A stretch of DNA of 64,000 nt from Candidatus Fraserbacteria bacterium (lineage in GTDB: Bacteria; Bipolaricaulota; Bipolaricaulia; RBG-16-55-9; JAJCYT01), in contig JAJCYT010000027.1 in the NCBI GenBank assembly GCA_029262795.1, forward strand, positions 54,962-118,961, written 5' to 3'. This document shows positions 36,341 through 46,908 of the stretch, piece after piece. The first letter of the stretch is position 1. Every line of letters starts with the position of its first letter. The notes under the pieces are model-generated. The model saw only the letters and a list, made by a program, of their open reading frames with translations. It ran no database searches and was not told where the DNA came from. The position numbers and the translations under genes were made by a program.

Positions 36341-38176
36341 TTAGTCTTCTTTCTTCAAATAACGTTTACGCTCGTGAGGGTTGAGGTGCAACTTGCGGAT
36401 GCGGATGTTTTTCGGAGTGATTTCCACCAGCTCGTCTGGGCCGATGTATTCCAAGGCCAAATCCAGAGGCATTTCTTGCGGTGGTGCCAAAATGATGTTT
36501 TCATCTGAACCAGACGCACGTACGTTTGAAAGCTGTTTGCCTTTGGTGGGATTCACTTCCAAATCCTGATTGCGAATGTGGCGGCCAATCACCATACCGT
36601 TGTAAACATTGACGCCTGATCCAATGAACATGATGCCGCGATCCTGAAGATTGTAGAGCGAATACCCGGTGCTGGCGCCATCAACCATCGAAATTAAAGA
36701 CCCGTGCGGACGACGTTTTCGTGCTTTTTGCACCGGCTGATAGGAATCAAAACGGTGATGCATGATCACGGTGCCATTGGTGCGGGTGAGTAAATAACTT
36801 TTTAAGCCAATCAGATTTCGAGTGGTGACGTGAAAGGTGTACCTTAATGTGCCTTCCGAAGTGGGCGTCATGTCCTGCCATTGACCACGACGTTCGCCCA
36901 TTTCTTCCATGATCACGCCGCTGTAGCTTTGCGGCACTTCAATGATGAGCACCTCCATGGGTTCAGACTGAACTCCATCAATTTCTTTGAGCAGCACCTC
37001 AGGTTGAGACACTTGAAGTTCAAACCCTTCTCGGCGCATGGTTTCAATCAATACGCCCAGGTGCAATTCACCGCGCCCTGCAACCAAAAAGCGATCGGTC
37101 GCGTCGGTAGGCGTGACGCGCAAACTGACGTTGGTTTCAGTTTCTTTGAGGAGACGATCACGAAGTAAACGTGACGTGCAAAATTCGCCTTCATTGCCTG
37201 AAAATGGTGATGTGTTAACACCAAATGTCATTTGCACGGTGGGTTCATCAATGATGATCGGTTCAAGCTGTTTGGGATTTTCAGCGTCAGTGATTGTTTC
37301 GCCGATGCTGATGGTTTCTATGCCAGCCACGGCCACAATTTCGCCTGCTTCAACAGACTCAACAGGTGTTCGTTCAAGTCCCTGATATACTAGTAGTTCT
37401 GTGACGGATGCAGGGATTTGTGTCCCATCGCGCTGAATCTGCATGACCTTTTGGCCTTTTTTCAGGCTGCCGGCCTCCAGCTTGCCCACGCCCATTTTTC
37501 CAAGATAAGGGGTGTGTTCCAGAGCAAGCACCAGCAACTGAGGTATTTCCTCTGTGCGGATTTCTGCTCCAGGCACTTCTTCCAAGATAGTATCGAGCAA
37601 AGGCAACAAATTTTCCTCAATTTGATCCAGGCTTCGTCCTGCAATCCCTTTGACGGCAGAAGTGTAAACGGAGGGAAATTCCAGTTGTTCTTCATTGGCG
37701 TTCAACTCTAGAAAAAGCTCAAACGTTTTTTCTTCGACCACATCAAGCTGTGCCTCAGGGCGGTCAATTTTGTTATAGACCACAATCGCCTTCAGACCAA
37801 GCTCAAGTGCTTTACTGAGCACATATTTGGTCTGAGGCTGCGGACCTTCCGCCGCATCCACAAGCAACAGCACACCATCGGCCATCCTCAAAGTACGTTC
37901 CACTTCACCGCCAAAGTCGGCATGGCCTGGGGTGTCGATGATGTTGATTTTTGTATCTTTGTATCGGATGCTGGCGTTTTTTGCTTTAATCGTAATGCCA
38001 CGTTCACGTTCCAAATCCATCGAATCCATGATACGATCCTGAGTTTCTTTGCGCTCGTTCAACGTTTTTGTTTGTTGTAAAATGGCGTCAACCAGGGTGG
38101 TTTTACCGTGGTCAACGTGGGCGATAATGGCTACATTGCGCAAATCGGCTCGCGTGGCTGTTTTAGTGATATTCAT
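36341..38176 (-). CDS. typA: translational GTPase TypA/BipA
   Basis: AHVDHGKTT G1, DTPGHADF, EF-G-like domain order, 611 aa. Confidence 0.93.
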   Translation of the reverse strand: MNITKTATRADLRNVAIIAHVDHGKTTLVDAILQQTKTLNERKETQDRIMDSMDLERERGITIKAKNASIRYKDTKINIIDTPGHADFGGEVERTLRMADGVLLLVDAAEGPQPQTKYVLSKALELGLKAIVVYNKIDRPEAQLDVVEEKTFELFLELNANEEQLEFPSVYTSAVKGIAGRSLDQIEENLLPLLDTILEEVPGAEIRTEEIPQLLVLALEHTPYLGKMGVGKLEAGSLKKGQKVMQIQRDGTQIPASVTELLVYQGLERTPVESVEAGEIVAVAGIETISIGETITDAENPKQLEPIIIDEPTVQMTFGVNTSPFSGNEGEFCTSRLLRDRLLKETETNVSLRVTPTDATDRFLVAGRGELHLGVLIETMRREGFELQVSQPEVLLKEIDGVQSEPMEVLIIEVPQSYSGVIMEEMGERRGQWQDMTPTSEGTLRYTFHVTTRNLIGLKSYLLTRTNGTVIMHHRFDSYQPVQKARKRRPHGSLISMVDGASTGYSLYNLQDRGIMFIGSGVNVYNGMVIGRHIRNQDLEVNPTKGKQLSNVRASGSDENIILAPPQEMPLDLALEYIGPDELVEITPKNIRIRKLHLNPHERKRYLKKED

Positions 38177-38228
38177 GTATTCTCCAGCCGCGAATTATAC
38201 CTGTTTAAGTTGAGAATCTCTATAAAAA

Positions 38229-40976
38229 TCAGCCGGTACTTTGCAGACCTGCCGCAACCCCGTTAACCGATAACAACACAGCGTTGTGCAATGATTGATG
38301 CTCGCTTTCGGGCGCTTGCTTTAAGCGGCGCATAAGAGCCACTTGTATGAAATTAAGAGGGTCCACATATGGGTTGCGAAGCTGAATACTTCGCTGAAGC
38401 CAGATTTCATTATCCAGCAATGCTTCATAATCGGTGATTTTTAGGATCATATGTTCGGTTCGCTGATGTTCATCAAACAGTGTTTCAAAAATCTTAAGCT
38501 CTTCGGAATCATCAATCAATGTTGCATATTGCTTGGCAATGTGCATATCGGCATGGCGTAATCCCAACTGAGCATTGTCGATCATCGTTCTGAAAAATGC
38601 CCATTGTTTATACATTTCTTTCAATGTGCCGATACCATTGTCGCCAGCTTGTGCCAAATAGTGTTCCAATGCCGTTCCCAGACCATACCACCCTGGCAAG
38701 TTGACGCGAGACTGGGTCCAGGAAAACACCCAGGGAATCGCACGTAAATCTGCGATCCCTTCGGTTTGTTTGCGTTTGGCAGGACGTGAACCGATATTGA
38801 GTTTGCCAATGAAGTCGATGGGAGTGGCATCGTGAAAATAACGGATGAAGCTGGGGTGATCGACTAATTCGTGATAAGTATTGAAAGCAGTTTCTCCCAA
38901 GGCATTCATGGCATCTGACCATGCCGGCTTTTGTGCCAGCTTGGATGGCTGGCTGGTGGACATAAGCACTGCGTTGACCAATTGTTCAAGATGGCGGTGG
39001 GCAATATCGGCGTTGGCATAGCGACTGCTCATCACCTCGCCTTGTTCAGTCAACTTGATACGACCCATCACGGATTCAGATGGTTGTGCCAAAATCGCGC
39101 GGTTGGCAGGGCCGCCGCCGCGGCCAATAGATCCACCTCGTCCGTGGAAAATGGTGAGCAGCATCCCGTGTTTGTTGCAGGTTTCGGCCAGTGTTTGTTG
39201 CGCTTGATATAACTCCCAATTGGCGCGAACAAACCCACCATCTTTGTTGGAATCACTATAACCAATCATGATTTGCTGATGTTGGCGTCGTACGTCCAAG
39301 TGTTTTTGATAAATTTTATTTTCAAACAAGCGGGTCATGATTTCTGGTGCGGCATGCAAATCTTCCACCGTTTCAAACAAAGGAACCACATTGATTTGCC
39401 CATACAATCCAGCATCCTTTGCCAGTAAAAGAACTTCCAGCATGTTGCTGACACTGGTGGTCATACTGATGATATAAGTGCGGATGGCGTTTTCTCCAAG
39501 ACGTTCTCGCGCTTGTTGAATCAAGCGGAACAAGCGAATCGTTTCATTTGTAGATTCCGAGAAGCTGAGTTGAGCAACCATCGGTCGCGGGCTTTCAATT
39601 TCTTTTGTCAAAAGCTCAATTTTTCTAGCTTCCGACAACGACTCGTAATCAGCACACAGATTGTAGCGCTTAAAAATTTCAGCCAATGCAGCACGATGGA
39701 CTTCCGCATGTTGACGTACATCCAGTGTTGCCATATGAAATCCGAAAATTTCAACACGTCTGACCAGTTGAGATAATCTGCCTTGTGCCAACTTTTGGCC
39801 TTTGTTGTCCATCAGGCTGGATTGAATTAATTTGAGGTCTGCCAAAAAATCTTCAGCATGCTGATACATTTTTTTATCTTCAACACGATGTTCCCAGGAA
39901 TGTTTGTTTGCCTCACGGGATGCTTCAAGGCGTCTGCTGATGAACGAAAGTTTTTGGCGATAAGGTTCTAACTGAAATCGTGCTCGAATTCGTTCACCTT
40001 CTTCATGAAAGCTTTGTTCATCACGATCCAAGCTTTCTGAAAACTCATTTGAAAAACTGACCCTGGTATGTGCCATCGTGATGTGATCATGCAGTTGGTT
40101 GACTTCCTTTTGATACAATTCCAGGCTTAAAGCCTTGTGTTTTCGGAGCGTTTGTTCGGTGACTTCGACAGTTACAAATGGATTGCCGTCACGGTCACCG
40201 CCGATCCAGGAGCCATACCTTAAAAATATGGGAATATGAAAAGTATCTTCTGGGTAATAAAGCTTGAGTGCTCGTTCCAGTTCGTCATAAATACGGGGGA
40301 TCAAATCGAACAGTGTGTTTTCAAAGAAGTAAAGGCCATTACCCACTTCGTGCATTACTGTGGGTTGTCGGTCGCGTGTTTCATCTGTTTGCCATAAGGA
40401 CACAATATGTTCACGAATCAAGCTCATTTCATGATCGTATTCTTCAGGTGACAATTCTTTGGTGTAAATACGATCCAGTGTTTTGGTCAACGCTTTGAGT
40501 TTGATCAACACGGTACGTCGCTTGGCCTCTGTGGGATGCGCTGTAAACACAGGCATGATGAACAGGTCATCCAAAATGGTTTGCACAGCAGAGGCGCTTT
40601 TTCCCTGAGCATGTAAATAATGAATGGCATCAGCCACGGATTCACGCACGGGTTCTTCTTCCTGCCTTGCTTGATGTGCACGATTTCTTAACACACGAAC
40701 ACGCTGTTGTTCTTCAGCGAGATTGACCAATTGAAAATAAATGGCAAACGCTTTGAGAACGGCCAGCATTTTGGGCAGGTCAGTTACAATTTGTTCCGTT
40801 TTAGAAACCAGTTTTTCTTCGGCAGATTCATCCCCGCCTCGAAATTCCTTGGCCAGTGCTCGAATTTCTTCTTCAAGCTCAAAAACTTCTTGACCTTCTT
40901 GTTCAATGATGGTTTCACCCAGCAAATCGCCCAGTAGATTGATGCTTTCTTTTAGCGTTTCCCGTGTTTGATTCAT
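38229..40976 (-). CDS. ppc: phosphoenolpyruvate carboxylase
   Basis: 915 aa; VFTAHPTE and GYSDSNKDGG signatures, C-terminal …QSTG. Confidence 0.93.
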   Translation of the reverse strand: MNQTRETLKESINLLGDLLGETIIEQEGQEVFELEEEIRALAKEFRGGDESAEEKLVSKTEQIVTDLPKMLAVLKAFAIYFQLVNLAEEQQRVRVLRNRAHQARQEEEPVRESVADAIHYLHAQGKSASAVQTILDDLFIMPVFTAHPTEAKRRTVLIKLKALTKTLDRIYTKELSPEEYDHEMSLIREHIVSLWQTDETRDRQPTVMHEVGNGLYFFENTLFDLIPRIYDELERALKLYYPEDTFHIPIFLRYGSWIGGDRDGNPFVTVEVTEQTLRKHKALSLELYQKEVNQLHDHITMAHTRVSFSNEFSESLDRDEQSFHEEGERIRARFQLEPYRQKLSFISRRLEASREANKHSWEHRVEDKKMYQHAEDFLADLKLIQSSLMDNKGQKLAQGRLSQLVRRVEIFGFHMATLDVRQHAEVHRAALAEIFKRYNLCADYESLSEARKIELLTKEIESPRPMVAQLSFSESTNETIRLFRLIQQARERLGENAIRTYIISMTTSVSNMLEVLLLAKDAGLYGQINVVPLFETVEDLHAAPEIMTRLFENKIYQKHLDVRRQHQQIMIGYSDSNKDGGFVRANWELYQAQQTLAETCNKHGMLLTIFHGRGGSIGRGGGPANRAILAQPSESVMGRIKLTEQGEVMSSRYANADIAHRHLEQLVNAVLMSTSQPSKLAQKPAWSDAMNALGETAFNTYHELVDHPSFIRYFHDATPIDFIGKLNIGSRPAKRKQTEGIADLRAIPWVFSWTQSRVNLPGWYGLGTALEHYLAQAGDNGIGTLKEMYKQWAFFRTMIDNAQLGLRHADMHIAKQYATLIDDSEELKIFETLFDEHQRTEHMILKITDYEALLDNEIWLQRSIQLRNPYVDPLNFIQVALMRRLKQAPESEHQSLHNAVLLSVNGVAAGLQSTG

Positions 40977-41017
40977 GTGTTTGATTGTAGACGAATTGGC
41001 AGAACGGTCAAGCGTTT

Positions 41018-42970
41018 TTATTCATTTATTGAAGGATTTAGTTCAAAAGCTTCAAGTTCGGCCATGGCCGCTTCCCATTGTTCGAGCAGGCTAGTCTGTT
41101 CAGCTTTGGCCTGCTCATATTGTTTGCTTAAGGTTTGAACTTTTTCCAAATCCTGATTGTAGCTGGCTTGTTCCATTTCTTTTTCGAGCAGGGTGATTTG
41201 CTCTTCAAGTGTGTTCATTTGCGTTGATAACTCAACTTCCTGTCGCTCCAGCTTGCCTCGTTCGCGATCTTTAATTCGTTTTAATTTACCAGGAGACAGT
41301 TTCTTTTTTGTTTCTTCTTGTGGTTTTTTACCTGAGGATTCAAGAGCAGATTTCGTTTGGGAAGGTTGGTCTTTCTTTCTAAGATAGAAAGCATAGTCGC
41401 CTTTATAAACATGAAGCTGTTCCTCTTTGACTTCCCAGATTTGGGTGGCGATGGTTTGAATAAAATATCGGTCATGAGACACAAACAGGATGGAGCCAGG
41501 GAATTTGATCAACACTTCTTCAAGTGTTTCTCTGGATGGAATATCCAGATGGTTGGTTGGTTCGTCGAGCAGAAGAAAGTTGCCGCCAAGTTGAGAAAGC
41601 CGAGCCAATGCGACACGGCTTCGTTCACCACCGGACAACATGCCCAGTTTTTTGAAAACGTCATCTCCTCGGAATAAAAACTTTGCCAGCAATTCACGCG
41701 CTTTGGAAATGGTCCAGCCATCTTGATCGATCAATGAATCAACCAAGGTCATGTCTCGATCAAAATAGCCCCAAGCGGTTTGGGCAAAGTAAGCAGGTTC
41801 AACAGCATGACCCCATTCAACTTCGCCTCTCAATGTGGAAAGCTGTTGCACCAATGTTTTAAGCAGCGTCGTCTTACCACTTCCATTGGGGCCAATCAAC
41901 GCAATGCGTTCATTGCGATCCATGATGGCATGCGACGCATTAAACAGCTTTGTTTCGCGAGCATCGGCGGTGGCAGGGTAGCCAATGTCGATATCCTGAA
42001 GGCGAAAAATACGCTTTCCGCTTTCACGTGGGAATTGAATTTCAAAAGAAATCTGTTTTTCTTTTTCGGGTTTTTCCAACGTCTCTGTTTTTTCAATCAT
42101 CTTGCGGCGCGACTTGGCCAGGTTGGTGGTTTTTTTATCATAAATATTTTTTTGCACAAAATCTTCAGATTTTTTTAACCAGGCCTGTTGTTCATAATAA
42201 GCTTCAAGTTGATGCTTCAATTCTTCTTCTCGTTGAGGCACATAATCGCTGTAGTTGCCGGTATAAAGTTTGAGCTTTTTATGATTGATCGCCCAAATTT
42301 TGTCCACCAAGCGATCGAGCAAGTGCCGGTCATGGGATGAAATGATGTAGGCTTTTTTCCATCGAGACAAATAATCTTCTAGCCATTCCACAGAATCGAC
42401 ATCCAGGTGGTTGGTCGGTTCGTCTAACAACAAGACATCCGGTTCTTCAAGCAATAGTTTTGCCAAAGCAGCGCGTCCGGCTTGGCCACCACTGAGATGT
42501 GAGACCGGTTGTTGTGCATCTTCCTGAGAAAACTTTAAACCGTTGAGAACCGAATGAATCCGGCTTTCATAGCTATAGCCGCCGCCTGTTTCAAATGCAT
42601 GATGGAGTTCGTCGTAACGACGAATTACGTCATCCTTGCCTGAGGAGAGTTCAGGTTCCAAATCTTGCATTGAGTTTTGAAGTTCCAGCAGATTCGAAAA
42701 AACACTTTTCAATTCTTCGTAGAGAATACGATTACTATCGAGTTGCGACTCTTGAGTCACATAACCAATCTTGGCATTGCCAACAATTTGAGTGGTACCA
42801 GAGCTGGCTTCTTCATTGCCCGTCAAAATATTTAGAAGTGTGCTTTTACCTGCGCCATTTGGCCCGATCAGGCCAATATGCTGCCCCTCTCCGACCTGAA
42901 CAGATACATTCTCCAGGACGGATTCACCGCCAAAATCCTTGTTCAAGTTTTGGGCAATAATCAGGGACAT
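41018..42970 (-). CDS. ABC-F family ATPase (Uup/EttA-like, two ABC domains plus C-terminal coiled coil)
   Basis: two Walker A (GPNGAGKST, GPNGSGKTT), two LSGG signatures, K/E-rich linker, C-terminal coiled-coil. Confidence 0.88.
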   Translation of the reverse strand: MSLIIAQNLNKDFGGESVLENVSVQVGEGQHIGLIGPNGAGKSTLLNILTGNEEASSGTTQIVGNAKIGYVTQESQLDSNRILYEELKSVFSNLLELQNSMQDLEPELSSGKDDVIRRYDELHHAFETGGGYSYESRIHSVLNGLKFSQEDAQQPVSHLSGGQAGRAALAKLLLEEPDVLLLDEPTNHLDVDSVEWLEDYLSRWKKAYIISSHDRHLLDRLVDKIWAINHKKLKLYTGNYSDYVPQREEELKHQLEAYYEQQAWLKKSEDFVQKNIYDKKTTNLAKSRRKMIEKTETLEKPEKEKQISFEIQFPRESGKRIFRLQDIDIGYPATADARETKLFNASHAIMDRNERIALIGPNGSGKTTLLKTLVQQLSTLRGEVEWGHAVEPAYFAQTAWGYFDRDMTLVDSLIDQDGWTISKARELLAKFLFRGDDVFKKLGMLSGGERSRVALARLSQLGGNFLLLDEPTNHLDIPSRETLEEVLIKFPGSILFVSHDRYFIQTIATQIWEVKEEQLHVYKGDYAFYLRKKDQPSQTKSALESSGKKPQEETKKKLSPGKLKRIKDRERGKLERQEVELSTQMNTLEEQITLLEKEMEQASYNQDLEKVQTLSKQYEQAKAEQTSLLEQWEAAMAELEAFELNPSINE

Positions 42971-43072
42971 ACCAGCACCTCGGTCTCACTTGCTTGTGAC
43001 CTTCATAGTTTAATCAGAGGGGTGATAGAAAGAAAGACATAATTAAAAAACTAGAATAATAAATAATGGAAA

Positions 43073-43265
43073 GACTCTAATCCCCCAGCCCTCTTTGTGT
43101 AAAAGGGGGAACGGTTTGACTGTGTAGGCGATTTGTAGATGTGGAATATTCTTCTAGTTGAATATTAATCTGGCTTTCACAAAGAGAAATGTAACGAAAA
43201 ATAGAATTCACTTTCAAAAAAAATGTAGCCCCCTTGAGACCAAGGGGGTTGGGAGTTTGAAGCCT
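43073..43265. mobile_element. MITE-like repeat, copy C (both TIRs recognisable, internal sequence divergent)
   Basis: left AATCCCCCAGCCCTCTTTGTGTAAAAGGGGGAACGG and right GTAGCCCCCTTGAGACCAAGGGGGTTGGGAGTTTGAAGCC match the TIRs of copy A including flanking TTTGAAGCC. Confidence 0.45.
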
Positions 43266-43460
43266 TGTAAATTTTTAAACCCTTTAAAAGGGAGGGCGGG
43301 AAGCCGCAGGCTGAAGACTGAAAGAATCTTTTGGGAGATCCATTCCAGTTAAGGGGAATGGTCTTAAAGTTCCAGTATCCTGCCTCCGGCTTCCTCGGGG
43401 CGTAGGGTGGAGCATTTGAAGCGGGTTGCTGCTGGGTTTTTCGTTGTTGAGAGAAGGCGT

Positions 43461-44204
43461 TTAGTTGAGTTGCTCCTTATGCCCATAGCCCTTTTCGCGT
43501 AATTGTCTCTCATCTGTAATCGTAATATAACGTCCTTTTTTCAGGAGTCCGTTGGAATAAAACATGCTTAACATCATGGTCACGTTGGTACGTGTGGCAC
43601 CAATTAAATCGGCCAGATCTTGATGTGTTAAACGACAATCAATCTGAAGCCCTTGTGGGGTATGATGACCGTGTGTGTCTGAAAGATGTAGCAATACACG
43701 AGCCAGACGCGTTGGCAAATCTTTAAATGCCATGTCTTCCAGCTTGTGTTGAACGCTGCGGGAACGGCTGCCAATCAAGTTCAAAATTTCGAACATTAAG
43801 CGTGGATCTCGCTTGGCTTGATCCAGCAGGCGGTTGCGATCAGCGGCAACCACTTCGGTGCTTTCCAGTGCTTCAGCCAGCAGTTCGCGCTTGTCCACTT
43901 GAGTCAGTGACAACTCGCCAAACAATTGCCCTTCACCAAAAATATCCAAGGCCAATTTGCGGCCAGTTTCATCGAGGTAGCTCAATTTGACGCGGCCCTT
44001 CTTGATCCAATAAATCATGTCATTTGGATCGTCCAATCCATAGATGAGATCTCCGCGTTTGAAATGAAGCAAAACCCCACGTTGTTCCAAAATTTCGCTA
44101 AAACGAGACGTCAACGGTATCACGTGAGTCCTCCCTTGTCCGTTTTTTTGTAAACGACAATATTTTTTTGATCCCCCTAACAAAACCCCTTCGACACGAA
44201 ACAC
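43461..44204 (-). CDS. Crp/Fnr family transcriptional regulator
   Basis: cNMP-binding beta-roll (GELSL), C-terminal HTH …QDLADLIGATRTNVTMMLSMF…; true start may be slightly downstream of annotated Met. Confidence 0.8.
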   Translation of the reverse strand: MFRVEGVLLGGSKKYCRLQKNGQGRTHVIPLTSRFSEILEQRGVLLHFKRGDLIYGLDDPNDMIYWIKKGRVKLSYLDETGRKLALDIFGEGQLFGELSLTQVDKRELLAEALESTEVVAADRNRLLDQAKRDPRLMFEILNLIGSRSRSVQHKLEDMAFKDLPTRLARVLLHLSDTHGHHTPQGLQIDCRLTHQDLADLIGATRTNVTMMLSMFYSNGLLKKGRYITITDERQLREKGYGHKEQLN

Positions 44205-44305
44205 ATGGAAAAGACCACGCGAAACGCAACTTCTGTTAGATGGTTTTCACATTGTCACTTTTGGAAAGCATCCTCCCTGACGCTTTTTTCAAAATGAACG
44301 GTGAA

Positions 44306-44325
44306 TGATCACTGTTTAAGTGATA
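44306..44325. promoter_or_regulatory. palindromic candidate Crp-family operator in divergent crp / wzy-TPR promoter region
   Basis: TGATCAC-TGTTTAA-GTGATA: ATCAC-N7-GTGAT perfect inverted repeat ~100 nt upstream of the crp-family gene start. Confidence 0.3.
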
Positions 44326-44625
44326 CCATGAATTCGCTTTCCTTCGCTGTAATTCGAGTCACAGTGAAAATAGTGTTCAAAACGTTACGAATTACAAAAT
44401 TTTCTCGATTGAGGTAATCCACTAGACATTTTTCAAGCATTGGTCATTATTTGATTTATGGAAGTTGCCAACAGGTGATGAGTTCGACGTTTTTTAATTA
44501 AGCTTTGCAAAAAGAGGATGATGACGCGTTTTAATGATGAAAATTGGCACACTAAGATGAAGTTTTCAAAATATCACTGCTGTCCTTGAAACCCCACAAA
44601 GTGTGCGTTAAGGTTTGAATGACTT

Positions 44626-46830
44626 ATGAGTAAAGTAAAAAAGAAACAGAGAAAAGGCATCAATCGAGGGGCGCCAAAAGGGATAGCTGTTGAATGGCTT
44701 CAACTGATTCAACATGCGCTCACGGCTGTTTTTATCCTTACTTTGCCTGTGTTGATCTACACCAACAATTCTGAATATGGCTATACCAAAATCATTTATG
44801 CCTATTTGATGATCACTGCTTTATACGGTTTATGGGGTGTGCAGGCGTGGCTGGAAAATCGACTTACCTTTTGGCGACCCGCTTTGTTTTGGCCGGCGAT
44901 GGGAGTGGTTTTAGCTGGGGTGTTATCCATCATCAATGCCAGCAGCTTTGGTATTGTGTTACAAAGCCTGGCTGTGTTGATTTATTTCATTCTGTTTTAT
45001 TTTTACATTGCCAACACCACAAATCGTAAAACGTTCTACCTTTATTTGAGTGCAGGCGCACTGAGTGCATTGTTCGTCGCGGTGTATGGCATTTTGCAAT
45101 ACCATGCATTGCTGCCGGGCTTGACCAGCAAAGGCGATGAACACGATATGCTGTCCAGTTTTGGCAATAAAAACTTTTTGGCAGAATTCCTCAATTTGTG
45201 GATCTTGCCGATTTTGGTGTTGTTGCTACGCTTTAAACTGATTTGGGCCAAAGTGTTAGTTTTGGTTATCACGATGGCTAGCTTTATTGCCTTTATCAAT
45301 GCTGATTCCACAGGTGCGTTGCTTGGGTTTTTAGCAGGTGGTTTTTTCTTTGGTGTAGGGTTTATCATTTTTCAAAAACCAATTCGTCATGTGCTTAAGC
45401 GTCAACGCACTTGGGTGTGGGTAGGCGTTTGGGTGATGGTCATTTTGGCCTCTCTGTTCCTGGCCGATCGACCAGGACTGGTGCGCGAATTCCTAACAAG
45501 GGAAACAAACTCCACCGAAGCCTTGGCCTTTGAGCATAGCGTTAAAGTGATCAATACCTTCCAAGGCCCGTTCGATCAGATCAGGGACGTTATTGATCGT
45601 TACTGGGAAGAAGGTTCTGGAAACACCCGTGCCTGGGACTGGTGGGTGGCTTATGAAATGTGGCGAGCCAATCCCGTATTTGGGGTTGGGTTAGGCCATT
45701 ACAAAGTTCAGTTTATCAATTACAAGATCGATTTTTTGGCCACGGAACAAGGCCAGCAATACGACTTTTACATTGCACGCGCGGCCCAGGCGCACAACGA
45801 CTATTTTCAGTCGGCTGCCGAGCTGGGGTCGGTTGGTGTGGCTGCTATTTTATTTGTGATGGCAATGCTGATCTGGACCACTATTCACCAATTGAGGCAA
45901 GTGAAGGGGACGCAAAAATGGGTGATGCTGGCATTGTATGCTGGTGTGGTGGCGTTCTTCGTTGATGCCATGGTGAACTTTCCCGGTCGTTTAGCGGCGT
46001 CTTCATTCAGTATGTTGTTGTTGCTGGGGATGCTTCATTCCAATTATTTGTTTCCAAAACTCAAGGCATTTCAATTGAAGCAAACGGGCGTCAAAATTGC
46101 GGTGTCTGTGTTTTTGGTCTGCGCGTTGACTGTAACTGTATTTGCTTTGCGTGACTGGCAGGCCAATGTGCACTTGGATGCAGGCATTCGTCATTCGGAT
46201 CAGGGGCGTTATCAATTGGCGCTAAGCGAATATGAGAAAAGCTTGGCGCTGGATTTTCAACCTGCTGAAGTTCTTTTCCGCTTAGGGGCAACCCATCAGG
46301 CGCTGGGCAACGTGGATGACGCTGCAACATATTTTGAACGATCTATGGACAGTTACTTGGTTGATGAAGTATTCCTGCCTCTGGCCGTTTATAAGCTGAA
46401 TAACCAACAATACGATGAAGCACGGGCATTGTTGGACCGTATGGTAAGTTCCAAGCCAAGAGACAACCTGCTTCAGGAAGCTGAGTTGTTTCGTGCGGTG
46501 ATTGAAGTTCGTGACGACAATCTGCCCACAGGCATTTCTCTGCTGGAAACCATGACTATAAAATATCCGAATTTTGAGCGTGCCTATTACACGCTTGGAG
46601 ATGCGCTTATGGCCAATCGAAATTGTCCAGCGGCATTGGTCCAATACGAAAAAGCATTGGAAATTTCAGTGACACAGCGAGACGGTTTCCAAAGGCGAAT
46701 GGACAATCTTCAGGGGCAAACTGTCTTGGCACAAACATTCTCTCGCATTCGTGCTTCGCTGGAACGCTATACCAAACTCAGTGAAGATATTCAGGAAACT
46801 GTGGATCGGGTGCGTGGTCAGTGTGGTTGA
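44626..46830 (+). CDS. O-antigen ligase/polymerase-like (Wzy_C) polytopic membrane protein fused to C-terminal TPR repeats
   Basis: ~11 predicted TM helices with long periplasmic loop (Wzy_C-like) in first 480 aa; C-terminal 230 aa shows TPR-type A/Y/L periodicity. Confidence 0.65.
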   Translation: MSKVKKKQRKGINRGAPKGIAVEWLQLIQHALTAVFILTLPVLIYTNNSEYGYTKIIYAYLMITALYGLWGVQAWLENRLTFWRPALFWPAMGVVLAGVLSIINASSFGIVLQSLAVLIYFILFYFYIANTTNRKTFYLYLSAGALSALFVAVYGILQYHALLPGLTSKGDEHDMLSSFGNKNFLAEFLNLWILPILVLLLRFKLIWAKVLVLVITMASFIAFINADSTGALLGFLAGGFFFGVGFIIFQKPIRHVLKRQRTWVWVGVWVMVILASLFLADRPGLVREFLTRETNSTEALAFEHSVKVINTFQGPFDQIRDVIDRYWEEGSGNTRAWDWWVAYEMWRANPVFGVGLGHYKVQFINYKIDFLATEQGQQYDFYIARAAQAHNDYFQSAAELGSVGVAAILFVMAMLIWTTIHQLRQVKGTQKWVMLALYAGVVAFFVDAMVNFPGRLAASSFSMLLLLGMLHSNYLFPKLKAFQLKQTGVKIAVSVFLVCALTVTVFALRDWQANVHLDAGIRHSDQGRYQLALSEYEKSLALDFQPAEVLFRLGATHQALGNVDDAATYFERSMDSYLVDEVFLPLAVYKLNNQQYDEARALLDRMVSSKPRDNLLQEAELFRAVIEVRDDNLPTGISLLETMTIKYPNFERAYYTLGDALMANRNCPAALVQYEKALEISVTQRDGFQRRMDNLQGQTVLAQTFSRIRASLERYTKLSEDIQETVDRVRGQCG

Positions 46831-46908
46831 TCATTTCGGATCATCTTCTAATTCTCACGAATTTTTGCGGTTTTATGGAAACACTCATAAAATAGGGGTG
46901 GAGGCATT

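Noticed and set aside
43270-43460. Possible extra element or sRNA between MITE copy C and the crp-family gene stop
   Set aside because: It contains only weak, short hairpins and no convincing terminator or repeat similarity. It is probably ordinary 3' UTR and promoter DNA.
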